From the NCBI GenBank assembly GCA_964016885.1, contig OZ024741.1, forward strand, positions 40,176,001 to 40,240,000: a DNA stretch of 64,000 bases. The letters are read 5' to 3'. Positions 30,795-45,103 of the stretch are shown here, piece after piece. A program made the position numbers and the translations under genes. The notes below the pieces were generated by a model. The model saw only the letters and a program-made list of their open reading frames with translations, did not search any database and was not told the origin of the DNA. Numbering within the stretch: the stretch's first letter is position 1; each line of letters begins with the position of its first letter. The stretch is from Eledone cirrhosa (taxonomy: Eukaryota).

Positions 30795-31960
30795 ATGTGA
30801 TGTGATGGTAGTGATGGTGCTGGTGGTGGTGGTGGCGTAGGTGGTGGTGGTGGTAGTGGTGCTGGTGGTGCTGGTAGTGATGGTGCTAGTGGTGGTGTAG
30901 GTGGTGGTGGTGGTGGTGGTGGTGGTGGTGGTATAATGGTATGTGATGGTAGTGATGGTGCTGGTGGTGGTGGAGCTGCTGGTATAACGGTGATGTGATG
31001 GTAGTGATGGTGGTGGTGGTGGAGCTGCTGGTATAACGGTGATGTGATGGTAGTGATGGTGGTGGTGGTGGTGGTATAACGGTGATGTGATGGTAGTGAT
31101 GGGCATGATTGTGTCGATGGTGTTGTTTTTGATACTGATGGCGGTGATGGTTGTGGAGGCGGTGGGGATGGTCATTGTGGTGCTGCTGCTGTTGATGATG
31201 GTGTTGTTTTTGATGGTGATTATGGTGATGATGGTATTTTTGATAGTGCTGGTGGTAGTGGTGGTGGTGGTATTGTTCTTTATAGTGATGGTGGAGGGTA
31301 ATGGTGTTGTTTTATATGAAGGTGGTGGTGGTAGTGTCAGTGATGATGGTGGTGGTGTTGATGGTATTGTTTTTTGTTTTGATAGGGATTGTGGTGGGGA
31401 TGGTGGTTGTGGTGTGGGTGATGCTGCTGTTTATGGTAATTGTTGTTGCTGCGGTGCTGATCGTGTTAGTAGTGGACATGGTGGTTGTGGTGAGGGGTAG
31501 AGTTTGGTGGCAGTGGTTGCGATGGTCATGCTGGTGGTGGTGGTGGTAGTGGATATGGTGGTGGGGGTAGTGGTGAGGTGGATGTGGCGATGTTTAAGGT
31601 TGAGCTGGTGGTGGAGGTAATGATAATGACGGTTGTGGTGGTGATTGCGGTGATGTGGAGGGGGGCAGAGGTAGTGGTGGTGGTGGCAATGGTGGTGGTG
31701 GTGATGCTGATGGTGGGGGGGTAGCGGGGTGGTGGTAGTGTTGGTGGTAGTGGTGATGATGGTCGTTGTGGTGGAGGTAGTGGTTTGTGGTGGTGGTGCT
31801 GATGGTGGTAGTGGTAGTGGTGGTGGTAGTGGTGGTAGTGATGGTTTCAGTGGTGGCAATGGTGGTGGTGGTGTTGGGGTCTGGTGGTCGTGGTAGTGGA
31901 GGGCACGTTGGTGAGGTATGGGCAGGAGATGTATACGGTAGTGAAACAGTGGTGGCAATT
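30795..31960. repeat. Degenerate (GGT/GAT)n low-complexity tract
   Basis: Direct inspection. Confidence 0.9.
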
Positions 31961-32443
31961 GTAACAGCAGCAACAGAATATTACATAAAACAAATCAAAA
32001 CAAAGAAAAATCAAAACAATATAAAACACGACACCTCCACCTCCTACCCGAGCCCCAGAACCCACGGATTAGCCCCTACCCCTCCTCCCACCCCCAGCCC
32101 TAGCCAACCACTGAAACAAAATAAAATAAAATAAGATCCATACAATAAATAAATCGATGAACTCTAATTAATTACCTCTCAATGACGATATTTCCTGACT
32201 GGGATTCGAACACGCCCACCGTTGAGTAGAGACACTTTACCTCCCTATCTACGATCTCCGCCGCCCGGGGGAGAGGCGTGCGGGTGTAAGAGGAGAGTAG
32301 CTCTTCACACAGCATATTTTACTCCATTACACGTTTCCTTTCATTACACACCACACGAGCAACTCCTTATCTGAACAACACACCCTTCGCCTTCCCGCTC
32401 CAGCCCTTCTATTACTGTGTATACGTATTTATGTATATATATA

Positions 32444-32502
<59 letters not shown>

Positions 32503-32508
32503 TATAAT

Positions 32509-32539
<31 letters not shown>

Positions 32540-32586
32540 GTATATATATGCATGTGTATATATATACAAATATACACAAACACATA

Positions 32587-32709
<123 letters not shown>

Positions 32710-32967
32710 GTTAGTGTGTCTGTGTTGATAGAGCAGCTAAAATATCAATTCCAGGCACGGCTGAACGTCAATCCTGTCAAAATACGGGCGTATAGCCGGT
32801 TGAGTGGACGTTCCACAGAGGGTCAGCGTCTGCACATGGACCTCAACACTAATACACGCATGTATACGTGTATAGTTATATGTGTGTGTTCGAACGCGCC
32901 ATTCGGTATATACATGCGTAAATACATGAACGTTTGTCTGCCGTGTGTGAGCTAACGTGTCTATATA

Positions 32968-33028
<61 letters not shown>

Positions 33029-33054
33029 CGACAGACATACATAGACACACACAA

Positions 33055-33112
<58 letters not shown>

Positions 33113-33141
33113 ACTAACATAGAAACACACACATATATATA

Positions 33142-33183
<42 letters not shown>

Positions 33184-33451
33184 TCTGTGCTCGGGGTTCC
33201 GAACGTATAAAAGTGTGCCACTTAGTGTAAACATATCTGTCCCCATAGATGTGAACTGTGTATTTTAGTGTGTGCTGCATCTGGACAAAGTTGCTTCTAT
33301 ATTTGCTCATTTTGTCACGATATATATATATAAGAAAATGAGGGATTTTTTAAATGAAAAAAAAAACGAGATGTCCTACGAGTGAAAGTATAAGGAAAAA
33401 AGATGAAATCGAAAATGCAACTGGAGTCTTTTTAAGGATATTTATTTGGTT

Positions 33452-33488
33452 CCTTTACCAGTTTCACAGTTCTTATGCTTTTCAAAAG
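33452..33488 (-). ncRNA. Degenerate hammerhead-like motif
   Basis: ctt-TTGAAAA-gca..tgt-GAAAC-tg-GTA-aagg, then AATAAA. Two core substitutions. Confidence 0.3.
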
Positions 33489-33510
33489 TAGAATTGAGAT
33501 GGAGGGTTTG

Positions 33511-33570
<60 letters not shown>

Positions 33571-33572
<2 letters not shown>

Positions 33573-33768
33573 CAAAGTTGGGGTGTGGTAAGATACCATG
33601 TAGACCATAACGCACCAGAGGACTCAATACTTTAGGTAGTAGAGTAGGTAATAGGAAAAGAGCCAGGACGGCTAATCTCCGGACGTTTCGACAGCTAGAT
33701 CCAAACTGTTCGGATCTTGGAGTCAAAACGGCCGGAGCTCACCCGTCGGGGTCCTGACTCTTTTCCTA
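33571..33768. mobile_element. Foldback mini-element, family F1
   Basis: A long minus-strand copy (33571-33702) lies head-to-head with a short plus-strand copy (33712-33768). Each has a GAAACG..GAGCTC..CCGTC-like hammerhead stem III half. Flanked by (AT)n and (CA)n. Confidence 0.75.
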
Positions 33769-33991
33769 CACACACACGCGCGCACGCATACACACACACA
33801 CAAACACACACACATTTATTAGTAATACACACAAATTTATTAGTAATAGCAGTTACCCGCACTTGCTTATGGTGGAATCTGCTAGATGGAGCTACGTCAT
33901 CATTTTTCCAAAATTCATAGCTGAAGGCTTTCAAAATGTTTATTCATAAACATACCGTATATCGCTAGATATACAAATATATATATGTATA

Positions 33992-34040
<49 letters not shown>

Positions 34041-34077
34041 ATATATATATAATATATATATAATATATATGTATATA

Positions 34078-34123
<46 letters not shown>

Positions 34124-34126
<3 letters not shown>

Positions 34127-34366
34127 GAATTCGAAGTTGAAAAGTCACTACAATGCAGGTTAGGACCGAGAAAAATTAAAATGTAAGAAACAGGTTTTGT
34201 TTTCTTTACCTTAATTTATTCACATGTCCTGATATTTCGAGATTAATATCTCTTCTTCTGAGGAAAATAAAGGCACTATTCCAGGGTCCAATGTGATATA
34301 GCAAGCCACATCGGACACTGGAACAGTTCCGTTATTTTCCTTGGATGAAGAGATATCAGGACATGT
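34124..34366. mobile_element. Foldback mini-element with hammerhead-like motif (34227-34264, minus)
   Basis: Inverted arms around ~34298-34305. Minus strand reads tcct-CAGAAGA-a-GAGAT-atta-ATCTC-GAAAT-ATC-agga, then AATAAA and a unique tail ending at (CA)n. Confidence 0.7.
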
Positions 34367-34378
34367 ATATATATATAT

Positions 34379-34640
34379 AAAGGTGACGATGGTTGCCTGA
34401 ACACTGTACGGCGTAATTCGGGCTGTTTGTTTGTTTACAAACAAACCGAGCATTATAATAAATGTTCGGTAAACCCATACGTACATATATATATGTGTGC
34501 ATGTATGTATATATATACATACTACTTTACGTCTGTATACATATATGTATGTACGTATACATACATACATACTTACATTTAAGTACCAGCCGTACTAAGA
34601 GTGAGAAATGAAATTTCGTTTCATTCTTTTCCATTTATAT
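34379..34640 (+). mobile_element. Partial copy of the 39.15-39.78-kb hammerhead repeat
   Basis: Near-identical to 39528-39779. Flanked by (AT)n. Confidence 0.9.
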
Positions 34641-34981
34641 ATATATATATATATATATGATTATATATGTGTGTGTGTGTACATGTGTGTGTGTGTGGGG
34701 GGGGGGGGGTGCATGCGTGTGTGTATCTGTGCATGTATATATATATATAAAGATTAAAAATAAGGTGATCAAGGTCAACCTAACATCGGTATCAGGGTAA
34801 CGTATCGGTCTGGCGTTCGGTAGGTGTAAGTTCGAGTCCCACTGGTGATGCAGTCAGCTTTGCATTCTGTCTCTACGGACTTATATGCCCATCTTGTTTA
34901 ACTATTTTTCATAACCCTTCCTTGATCCAGGTTACTTTAAGTGAACATTATATATCTACATATATCTGTATTTGTATATAA

Positions 34982-35020
<39 letters not shown>

Positions 35021-35039
35021 TATATATATATATATGTAT

Positions 35040-35070
<31 letters not shown>

Positions 35071-35071
35071 A

Positions 35072-35244
35072 GAACAAGTATGACCCCGGCGGCAGAGCTC
35101 AAGCCGTTTCGACGGCTAATTCTCGAAACGGCTTGAGCTCTGCCGTCGGGGTCATACTTGTTCCTATTACCCACTCTACTACCCTAACTATTGAGTACTT
35201 TGGTGCGTTATGGTCTATCTGGTTCCTTACCACATTTCCTTCGT
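35072..35244. mobile_element. Foldback mini-element, family F1 (41-bp arms plus tail)
   Basis: Arms at 35072-35112 and 35123-35163. CGAAAC-GGC-tt-GAGCTC-t-GCC-GTC-ggggtc is a hammerhead stem III and cleavage half. The tail 35164-35244 ends in (AT)n. Confidence 0.85.
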
Positions 35245-35534
35245 TATATATATATATATATATATATATAACAATATATATATATAACAATATATATATA
35301 TATATATGGTGGTTGTGTATACTTGTGTGTGGTGGTGAAGAAGATCTTTTTTAATTAATTAATTAAACAAAATAGGAGAAAACAGGGGGAGAAAAGATAT
35401 AATAGGGAGAGGGAGGAGCGTTGGAGAGAGAATCTGAAGTCTGGACTGAGGGGGAAGTCATCTTTTTTACCAGAGGAAACCATTTCGTCAGTTCATAGCG
35501 AACATTTTATATCCATCTGTCGTGATTACGTACG

Positions 35535-35611
<77 letters not shown>

Positions 35612-35724
35612 TGCCGTCTATGTCCAGCACTTGACTGTCCATGAGTATGTGTGTTTTCTTTGTTTCAAATCACGACTATATGAGAAATAAAGAGAGGGGG
35701 AAAAAACCTTCAAACTTATTACCA

Positions 35725-36390
35725 TATGTGGGCAGGATGAGATGTAGGATGGGATCATATGTCGGGTAGCATCCGATGTCGGGTGAGATCAAGTTCAGTT
35801 CGAGGTAAGATCAGATGTGGGGTGAGATCAGATGTGAGGTAGGACCAGATGTTGGGTGAGATCAGGTGCGAGGTAGGACCAGATGTGGGGTCAGATCAGA
35901 TGTGATGTAGGATCAGATATGGGGTCAGATCAGATGTAAGATAGGATTAGATGCGATGTAAGACCAGATGTGGAGTGAGATCGAATGTGGGGTGAGATCG
36001 GATGTGGGTAGGATCAGGTGAGTGGTAGAATCAGATGTGAGGTAGGAATAGATGTGGGGTGAGATCAGATGTGATGCAGGCTCAGATATGATGTAGGACC
36101 AGATGTGGGGTAAGATCGGATGTGAGGTAGGATCAGATGTGGGGTAGGATCAGATGAGAGGCAGGATCAGATGTGATGTAGGACCAGATGTAGCGTGAGA
36201 TCAAATGTAAGGTAGGATTTGGATTTAGATAGCTCAGATGTGGGGTAGGTTAACATATGAAGTAATATCAGATGCGGGGTGGGATCAGAGGTAGAACGAG
36301 GTTCAATGTGGGGTAGGATTATATATGGGGTAGCATATCCTGTCAGGTCGGATTGAATGTGGAGTTGAATCAAATGGGGAATAGGATTAG
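35725..36390. repeat. Degenerate ~20/21-bp tandem repeat (GATCAGATGTGAGGTAG / CCAGATGTGGGGTGA)
   Basis: CAGATGTG recurs at roughly 20-bp spacing. Confidence 0.85.
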
Positions 36391-37126
36391 ACGTGGAGAA
36401 GGGTCATTTTTTCCAGCTGAGTGATTTGGAGCAAAATGAAATAAAATGTCTTATTCAAGGACAAAACGCACCTCCGGAAATCGACCTCACTACAAGGTTT
36501 AAGACACGTACCTTCACAAAGTTGCACATGGATATACATACCTACAAATATATATGTATATACATATTGTGTGTGTGTGTGTGTGTGCGGAAGATTGTGT
36601 TTCAAGAAAATAAACCAAGAGGCTGTTGTTGTTATTGAGAGAGAAATACAGTGAGAGGGGAAGAGAATGTGTGTGTATATGAAAGATAGATAGGCAGAGT
36701 TGTCACCAAACTAAGAGTTGAAATCGAGGGAAATTATGTACAAGACTGTCATCACGTGTGCAAAAACCCGTGTGGTGTGTGAACTCATTCGCTTACTTAT
36801 TGGGAGTAACTAGTCCAATCGGACCATGACACAATGTTTCTATTGGTGTTTCCCTTGCTGATACTATATACCGGTGGCGACTCCTAACAGATAAAATGAT
36901 GAAACATAATTGACATTCGGACGTAGTTGGGACTTCATCAGAAGGCGTGTATATCATCTAAACAACCACAAGGGAACACGTATTTGATTGGCTTATATAC
37001 ACATTCACCCGTATTAGAATTCAGAAGTGGATATAAACAATTACATATAATTAGCACTCGTGGTAGTAGTTAATTAAAATATATATTAAGAAGTGCGCTA
37101 TGTAGCCGAAGTATACGATACCCCCC

Positions 37127-37143
<17 letters not shown>

Positions 37144-37193
<50 letters not shown>

Positions 37194-37560
37194 TGTAGTT
37201 CCTATCTGTTTGTTTGTCTATTTGTCTGTATGTCTGTTTGTTTGTTCACGAACTCCTCCTATGGTTTTAGAAATAGACCCCATAACCATATATATTCTGG
37301 AACTACATTGCCCAGGGTACTTGGATAAGTATATTTCATTTTAATCAAAGGGTTCCCCGGCGCCACAAACCCCCACTGAAAATGTTTCCCCTTCGATTTA
37401 TATGAAATTTAAATGACAAGATATGATGCCTATTCACAAAATTTCAGCAAATTTCAATAATATTTAGACACCCTAATGGAGTTTTTCTCCATAAATTATA
37501 TCACTGATTTAAAATCAATTATCATTTTCTTACAAAAAAAGGCGCGGGTAATTCGGCTAG
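37144..37560 (+). mobile_element. Non-autonomous Helitron-like element
   Basis: TC(TA)n-AA start, (TGTC/TGTT)n tract near the 5' end, and a GCGCGGGTAATTCGG-CTAG end followed by T. Confidence 0.55.
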
Positions 37561-37615
<55 letters not shown>

Positions 37616-37660
37616 TAGGGCGCATGTTTCTCAGGCATGACATCCTTAATTCAATTTTGG

Positions 37661-37779
<119 letters not shown>

Positions 37780-39045
37780 GTATATATATATATCAAAAGT
37801 ATGTATTGAGCTAGAAACTCAAAATAGTCTCTTACAATAAAATAGCTCTAGGAAAGAGATTTTTCCGAGCCGTATATTATAATTGAATATAAAAGAGAGA
37901 TAAACACATATATATACATATATGTGTTCAAATCGCAAGGGACCAGATTCGCTAGGGTCAAAAAAATACTAACTATGGACAATAGGTTTTGCCAGACTCA
38001 ATTTAAGAATAAATCAAGAAAATAAATACAAACCGGTATTACAGCACCACATTATACCCTAACGGATAGTACGAACTATACGCGGATATTTTACGTCTTG
38101 ATGTGGTAGCTAAGTATATGTTATGTTTATACCATTAATTATTTGTATAGGTAAGTATATATTACCTGTATGTTTTGTGAAGGGAACGTTTCCACGAACC
38201 AAAGTATCGTCTTCATGTCTTCCTCCGGTTGCAACGTTTTTTGAAATATTTGCTTTTGCGTTCACAGATTGACTTTTTTAGATTCAGAAGATCCCGTTAA
38301 GAGTGAAAGCAGCGATTCTTTGCTTAAACTTTAATCTGTTATTTTAATAAATATTTGCTCTACAGTTCTTATATATTGATATATATTTATCCTTATCGAG
38401 CCCTCTTTGGATTTTAGTCTACAAATTTTTTATTATTACTATATATATATATATATATTCAAATATAAATTCAGCGAGAATCGTATTTCGGCGGGTAGAA
38501 ATAAGCGAAACGCAATTTCCGATTTGTGTTGGCAAGCGCTCCATGGACCAAAAGAGACCAGAGCAATAAACGTATGTTATAAAGGCCATACAAACTGAGA
38601 CGGCGGTTAAGAAGCTATCAACCACCTAAGCCCCCCAAAAAACGAAGCAAGCTAAACAGGTCAAACAAAATAAATGAATGAAATATTTACCCGGACCCTC
38701 GGAAATGATGGTATAATCCAGTACAGGGTTTCTGCGACACCTAAATCAATAATACTGTCTGCTTAAAAAAATAAGCTTTTGGTTTAATGATCGAACAAGG
38801 ATATCACTTTCTCAACAGGTATTTTGAATCTCACAGTGTTTTGAAAGCACATGTGTAACTCTACGGGGGGAGAAAAGCCCAAATGTTGGCAAATGAATTC
38901 AGTATGTGTAATCGATGCAAAAATTGAAAAAAACACCTCAAATTGAATTAAGCTCTCGACCGGGTAGTTTTTAAAATAAACTTAAGCAATTAATCAGTCA
39001 ATAGAATTATCTAAAAAAAATTAACTGGTTAATTGTTAGACTCGG

Positions 39046-39824
<779 letters not shown>

Positions 39825-39952
39825 AAGTTATATTTAAAATTGTTGGGTTACAACTAGTAAATATTTATAACTGATATAAAAGCACTCGACAAATATTTGG
39901 AGTATATTTACAATATTAAATAAATGGAAAACTATATTTATAAAACCATATT

Positions 39953-40018
39953 TATTTCATTATATATATTTCGGGGATATCATATTAACAATATGCTATG
40001 CCTTCATCAGACAAAATA
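39953..40018 (-). ncRNA. Type I hammerhead motif in the putative 3' pseudo-LTR of the Penelope-like element
   Basis: tattttgt-CTGATGA-a-gg..catatt/aatatg..cc-CGAAAT-atat-ATA-atgaaata. Stem I is 8 bp with two G-U pairs, followed by AATAAA. Confidence 0.65.
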
Positions 40019-40371
40019 CAATATAAACAGTTTTATAGATAAATATATTCGACATACCGTAATAAACATCAACTTCATTTGAAGAGGTTTACGCTAGCAG
40101 TGAAAATACAGAGAGAAAGAAAGAGAGAAAGAAAAGAGGGAAAAAAGAAAGAAAGAAAGACAAAACGAAGAAAAGGAAGAAAAAGAAAAAGAAGAAATGC
40201 ATGGGACAAAATAGAGAGATGGAAAAATAGATAAAGCGAAGAGCTTCATGTAAAGAGACAGAAAGATATATATATATATAGAGAGAGAGAGGAAATAGAG
40301 ATAGATACATATATATATATAGAAAATTAGGTAGTGGGAGGTCATTTTGAGTAAGTGTATCAATGATACAT

Positions 40372-40402
<31 letters not shown>

Positions 40403-41576
40403 GCTCAAGTATTAATGTAAGGGAGATATATAGAGAGATATAGAGAGATATAGAGAGAGAAAAAAATTTAAAATAGCCAGACATATACGAGGCGTAGAAA
40501 ACCCTATGTTTTAATGTATTAGTATTTATAAAACTTACACTATATTGTAAATATCAGTATTCCTGAATGAAACAAGTATTCACAATGTGTGAAAATTCAT
40601 TATCTTATGTTTAGTTTTAAAAAATTCATATGTTTATGTGACAGCTACAAACATCAATGTGAATCCAACTGATTCACTCCGCAAACTCTAGGTTACCGGA
40701 AAACATTCTCAATGTGGTATAAAAATTTGAGCGTATTATTATTCTTGCGATTACTCTACAAGATTATCTATCAAGCAGAAATAGAGAGCAGATTTCAATA
40801 TACTAATCGAAAATATATATTATATAATATATTATATTATAAACAAAGATAACAATAATAATAATAATAAATAATAATAAATAATAATAAAAATATATAA
40901 AAATATAGAATAGAAAACTAAAAAAAAATATTACGAAAGAATATTACATAATATATAATAAAAATATTGCATATTAAAAATACTACGTATTAAAAAATAT
41001 TACGTATTAAAAATTTACATATAAAAATATTAAAAATAAAATAGAATAAAAAATAAAAATATTATAGAATACTACAATACTAAAAGAATAAAAATAAAAA
41101 TAAAAATAAAAATAAAAATAAAAATAAAAATAAAAATAAAAATAAAAATAAAAATAAAAATGAAAATAAAAATAAACCACAAAGAACAACCCTTCAAAGT
41201 TAATTGACAATATATTGCCAAGTTCATTACAAGACAAAGCCAAAAATTATCTATCAAATCACATCTAGCAAAAAATATCGCAAAAAGATTATGATGTCCA
41301 ATAATGTCTACATATGTTCCTATATTTAATATAGAAGTTTATCTAGTGTAAGGTTAATTCAAAAAATTTGGAGCATCGGCTTTTAGGGTAGCTTAATTTT
41401 TCATGAGGAATGTTTAGATAAAAATAAAAATAAAAATAAAAATAAAAATAAAAATAAAAATAAAAATAAATAAAATAAAATAAACAATAAAAAGAGTAAA
41501 AAGAGGGAATCAAAGATTTAGGAATCAAAAGATTTATCGGCTAGTTCTCATATAAATATAAATCAAACTAAATATA

Positions 41577-43540
41577 CTACATTTTAAATTTAAATTTATA
41601 TTTAAACGTTGAGTTTAATCTATGTTTGCAACAACTGAATAAATTTGTCCGTAGGTTAAGGGAATTTTTAGATTTTAGTATAAAGAATATCTCCTCTGCG
41701 CAGAGGTCACATGTCTCAGAGGATGAATTAAAAGGAATCCCTCTTGAGACTATATTCCAAGCCGTCGAATATCTAACGTTATCTAGCTTAAGTTGCCAGA
41801 GTACCCCTGATAGTGCCGTTGAAGATTTTTTATTTGGATCTGTGAAATAATTCTTGTGGTTATTATAGCGAAGTTTAAATTCCGTCGATGTGGAACCGAC
41901 GTAGTTAAAAGAATTAGAGTCAGTATTAACATTACAATTGTATACTATATTTTTAACTAAGCAGTTGTTATTTAACGGACATTTAGATCTATCTCTACAG
42001 TTACATTTGTTAACTTGTATATTATTTATGCTATTATCAGTAGGTTTTAAGTTCCTATTATTTATTCTATTAATATTTTGTGCTAAATTTTTGGTGGATG
42101 AGTAGGTTAATTTAATTGTATGCCTATTGAAGATTGAGTGATACCTATGTGTTCAAGAGCTTTGAAAAATAATTTAGCGATGTGGGTTTTAATGTTTAGT
42201 GAGAATGGGGGGGCAAACCAAATTATGTTCCTAGTTCTATTTCTTTTTTGTCCTTTGGAATTATTGTAATGCTTTCTATTATAGTTGTTAATGTTGTTGC
42301 CGTAATTAAAAAAGTTGTTACTTTGTTTAGTTTGTCTATCATTATCTATGTACACAATCTTATCAGCATACCCTGCCCTAGCTAGTGCATCATTATAGTA
42401 TTGGGCCTTTTCGTCAAAAATCTTTCTATTCGACGAGATCCTAGAGATACGTTTTTGGACTGAGTTTACTATAGTGTTTTTGACAGATCTGGGGTGGTTA
42501 GAGTTAAAGTTGACATAGTTTAAGTTTTCATTCAACTTGTGAAAAGGATAGTGGAGACATGTGTTGAGATTTAATGTTATATCTAGGAAATTGACTATTC
42601 TATGGTTGTTCTCAATTTCTATTTTAAGGTTAAAGTAATTAAAAAATTTTGTAATTTGTTTACATTTTCTATTTAGTTCAGGGTTATTATTATTAATAAG
42701 TAAAAGCATGTCATCCCTATATAAACCTCCGGTAGTACCAGGTATTTTCCTATGTAGCGAATTGATTAAAAATAAGCCCACAAGGTCAGTTACCTGAGCT
42801 GAGTCGGAAGATCCCATAGTTATGTCAAAATTGCTATCTCTATCTGCTCTGGTCCATAATTTGTCATTAAATTCTATCAAAGTTTTCCTAGCCGATAATA
42901 TAATATGCATTTCTTTGCTAGTTAGGTCCGTATATTTGAATGCGTAATTTAGTGCCTTATTTAGTAGACTAGGGGTAATAGAAGAATAATAGTTAGCTAT
43001 ATCAAGTTGAATAAACCTATTATTATTGTCATATTTAATTTGCCTAAACCACTCAACAACCTCTCCAGTTCCCTTCCACAAGCTCAAGTTAGATACACAA
43101 TCCAAGTTCTTAATTTGCAGTATCACCCTGTCAAGAATGTTTTTGCTTAATTTGCCCAGGTCCGATTTTGAAGGTGCGATCAATCTAACTGGCAGGTCAT
43201 TTTCAAAATTCTTCTTGTGGTCCTTCATATTGATCTTCGGTTTCCTGGGCACGAAAGGTTGTGTTCTGTTCTCAATTTCCAACTCATGCATTATACAAGA
43301 TGCTTCAACATTCATTTTCTCAAGTTCGGCCTTATCTGCTACCTTGTATTTTTTACTCAGCTCTTTCAGTATGAGGCCATTATACATGTCTTTCCGCACT
43401 CCATAGAGGTTGTTGGTCTTGTCAGATTTCACCAAGATCTTCTCAGTTTTCTCTAAGCTATCAATGTTATCCTTAATGCCTTTCAGATATTCATGGCCTT
43501 TAAAGTTTCTCTTGAATTTGACCCCTTGTATGATAGAAAT
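41577..43540 (-). pseudogene. Penelope-like RT-GIY-YIG polyprotein, 5'-truncated, frameshifted at ~42150
   Basis: RT motifs SDKTNNLY, QLDIANYYSSI, ITMGSSDSAQVTDLVG, GLYRDD. After the frameshift: IFNRHTIKLTYS, CNCRDRSKCPLNNNC, IVY...YVGST.EFKLRYNNH, W, CDLC..E, LNLR, CCKH. Stop TAG at 41577-41579. Confidence 0.92.
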
Positions 43541-43550
43541 TATTTATAAA

Positions 43551-43588
<38 letters not shown>

Positions 43589-43600
43589 TTTATAAATAAT

Positions 43601-43732
43601 TGTTTCTACTTTTGGCACAAGGCCAGCAATTATCCCAGTGCATTACTGGTACTTTATTTTATCAACCCCGTAAGGATGAAAGGCAAAGTTAACCTCGGCG
43701 GGATTTGAACTCAGAATAGCAAGGGCCGTAAC
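43601..43732 (-). mobile_element. 5'-truncated SINE family A with 12-bp TSD
   Basis: TTTATAAATAAT at 43589-43600 and at 43733-43744. Confidence 0.9.
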
Positions 43733-44185
43733 TTTATAAATAATACAGATATAACTGTACCGTACATATATATATATATGTGTGTGAGTATGAGTGTCTG
43801 TTTGTGTGCGTGTGTGTGATTGTGTGTACGTACTTCTGTGTTGAGAATGTGCCTTGCTTAGTTGTTACAACGTTAGGCTCACCAGTGGAAAAGGCGTGAG
43901 TTCCATTCTCGGTCTCGGAGGCCTGCTCCGTTCTTGAGCAAGTCATTTAATTCCCGTACTTCTTGTCCACACAGCAGGACAAAAAAAACATGACAACGAC
44001 ACTGGTACGAATATGTATCGACTTTTGCATTTCAATTCAAACAGATCCGACATATATTGTCCACTGCTATCGTCGTTATTAATAACTGAATGGAAGCTCT
44101 CATCCTGCTATTTCAAGCGTTAAACTAATATATTTCTACCATGTATTGTGCCGTTTGTTTTGTTATTTTTATTACCTTTACACAT

Positions 44186-44385
44186 ATATATAGCAGAGTA
44201 TAAATATTTAATATAGAAATGGCTTCTACAGGACTAGAACTGTTTCATTCGGGAGAAATCATCAGGAAGCCCAGGGCTCTAGTCCCGTAGAAGCCATTTC
44301 TATATTAAACATCTATACTCTGCTATATATTGAGTACCTTACTTACTGTGGTTACTCTCCGATTGAACCCGATTGAACCCGATTG

Positions 44386-44388
<3 letters not shown>
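44186..44388. mobile_element. Foldback mini-element with a complete hammerhead
   Basis: A minus copy (44186-44277) lies head-to-head with a plus copy starting at 44278, which continues into a tail ending (CCGATTGAAC)x2-3 and (AT)n. Confidence 0.85.
44221..44271 (-). ncRNA. Type I hammerhead ribozyme (best-formed in the window)
   Basis: GGCTTC-CTGATGA-t-TTC-tccc-GAA-t-GAAACAG-ttctagtc-CTGT-A-GAAGCC: 6-bp stem I, 3-bp stem II, 4-bp stem III, GUA triplet. Confidence 0.82.
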
Positions 44389-44429
<41 letters not shown>

Positions 44430-45063
44430 GGGTGTGTATGATTATGTATAGAAGATTATATTAATAAAAGGAATTCCAACTTTGTCTGATTTACTCGTTT
44501 TATTTACAATCTTTTAAAATTTATAATGGTATTAGAATGAAATAGTATGGTAGAATATTAAATGTTAAGTGTTAATTGAACAAGTACTTTCATGCTTTCA
44601 CAATCTTCAGGTTCCGATTCTGTGGTGACAGTCAAGTTTGCAATTTTCAATTTTCAACAGTTGAAAATTGCAAACTTGACTGTCATATATATATGTATAT
44701 ATCTTTTTCTCTTAATTTCGAGTATATTTTGTTTGACCGGCCACCTTCCTGGTGGCAAGGTTGTAAAAGAATATGTATGTATGTATGTATGTATTTATGT
44801 ATGTATATATATATGTTCGTATATATTGACGACTGAGTGAAGTGTTTAAATATTAATATTATTGATAAACAGGCGAAACGCCAGAGTAACAAGAGTCACT
44901 ATTTACACTTAATAAAATGATTATATATATATATGCGTGTGTTTGTGTGTGTGTCCGTGTGTTTGTGCATGTGTGTGTGTGCATGTGTGTGTGCATGCGT
45001 GTGTGTGTGTGTGTGTCACCGTGTGTCCATGTGTCTGTGTTTGTGCATGTGTGTCACCGTGTG

Positions 45064-45103
<40 letters not shown>

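Larger units (their letters stand above)
39821..43545 (-). mobile_element. 5'-truncated Penelope-like retroelement (C-terminal GIY-YIG; probably Hydra clade)
   Basis: RT + EN coding region, long AT-rich 3'UTR with (TTTTTA)n, same-strand hammerhead near the 3' end, and (AT)n at both ends. The left boundary is inferred. Confidence 0.8.

Noticed and set aside
32190-32300. tRNA gene candidate (minus-strand GTTCGAATCCC), and likewise 34790-34850
   Set aside because: Only a B-box/T-arm is evident and I could not build a cloverleaf. Probably SINE heads.
36823-36946. Hammerhead with ~95-nt stem II insertion (minus strand)
   Set aside because: Both core halves are present, but stem I is weak and I could not pair stem II convincingly.
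41577-43540. Selenoprotein-encoding Naiad-type Penelope element
   Set aside because: The endonuclease is C-terminal, and there are no in-frame TGA codons in the translated frames.
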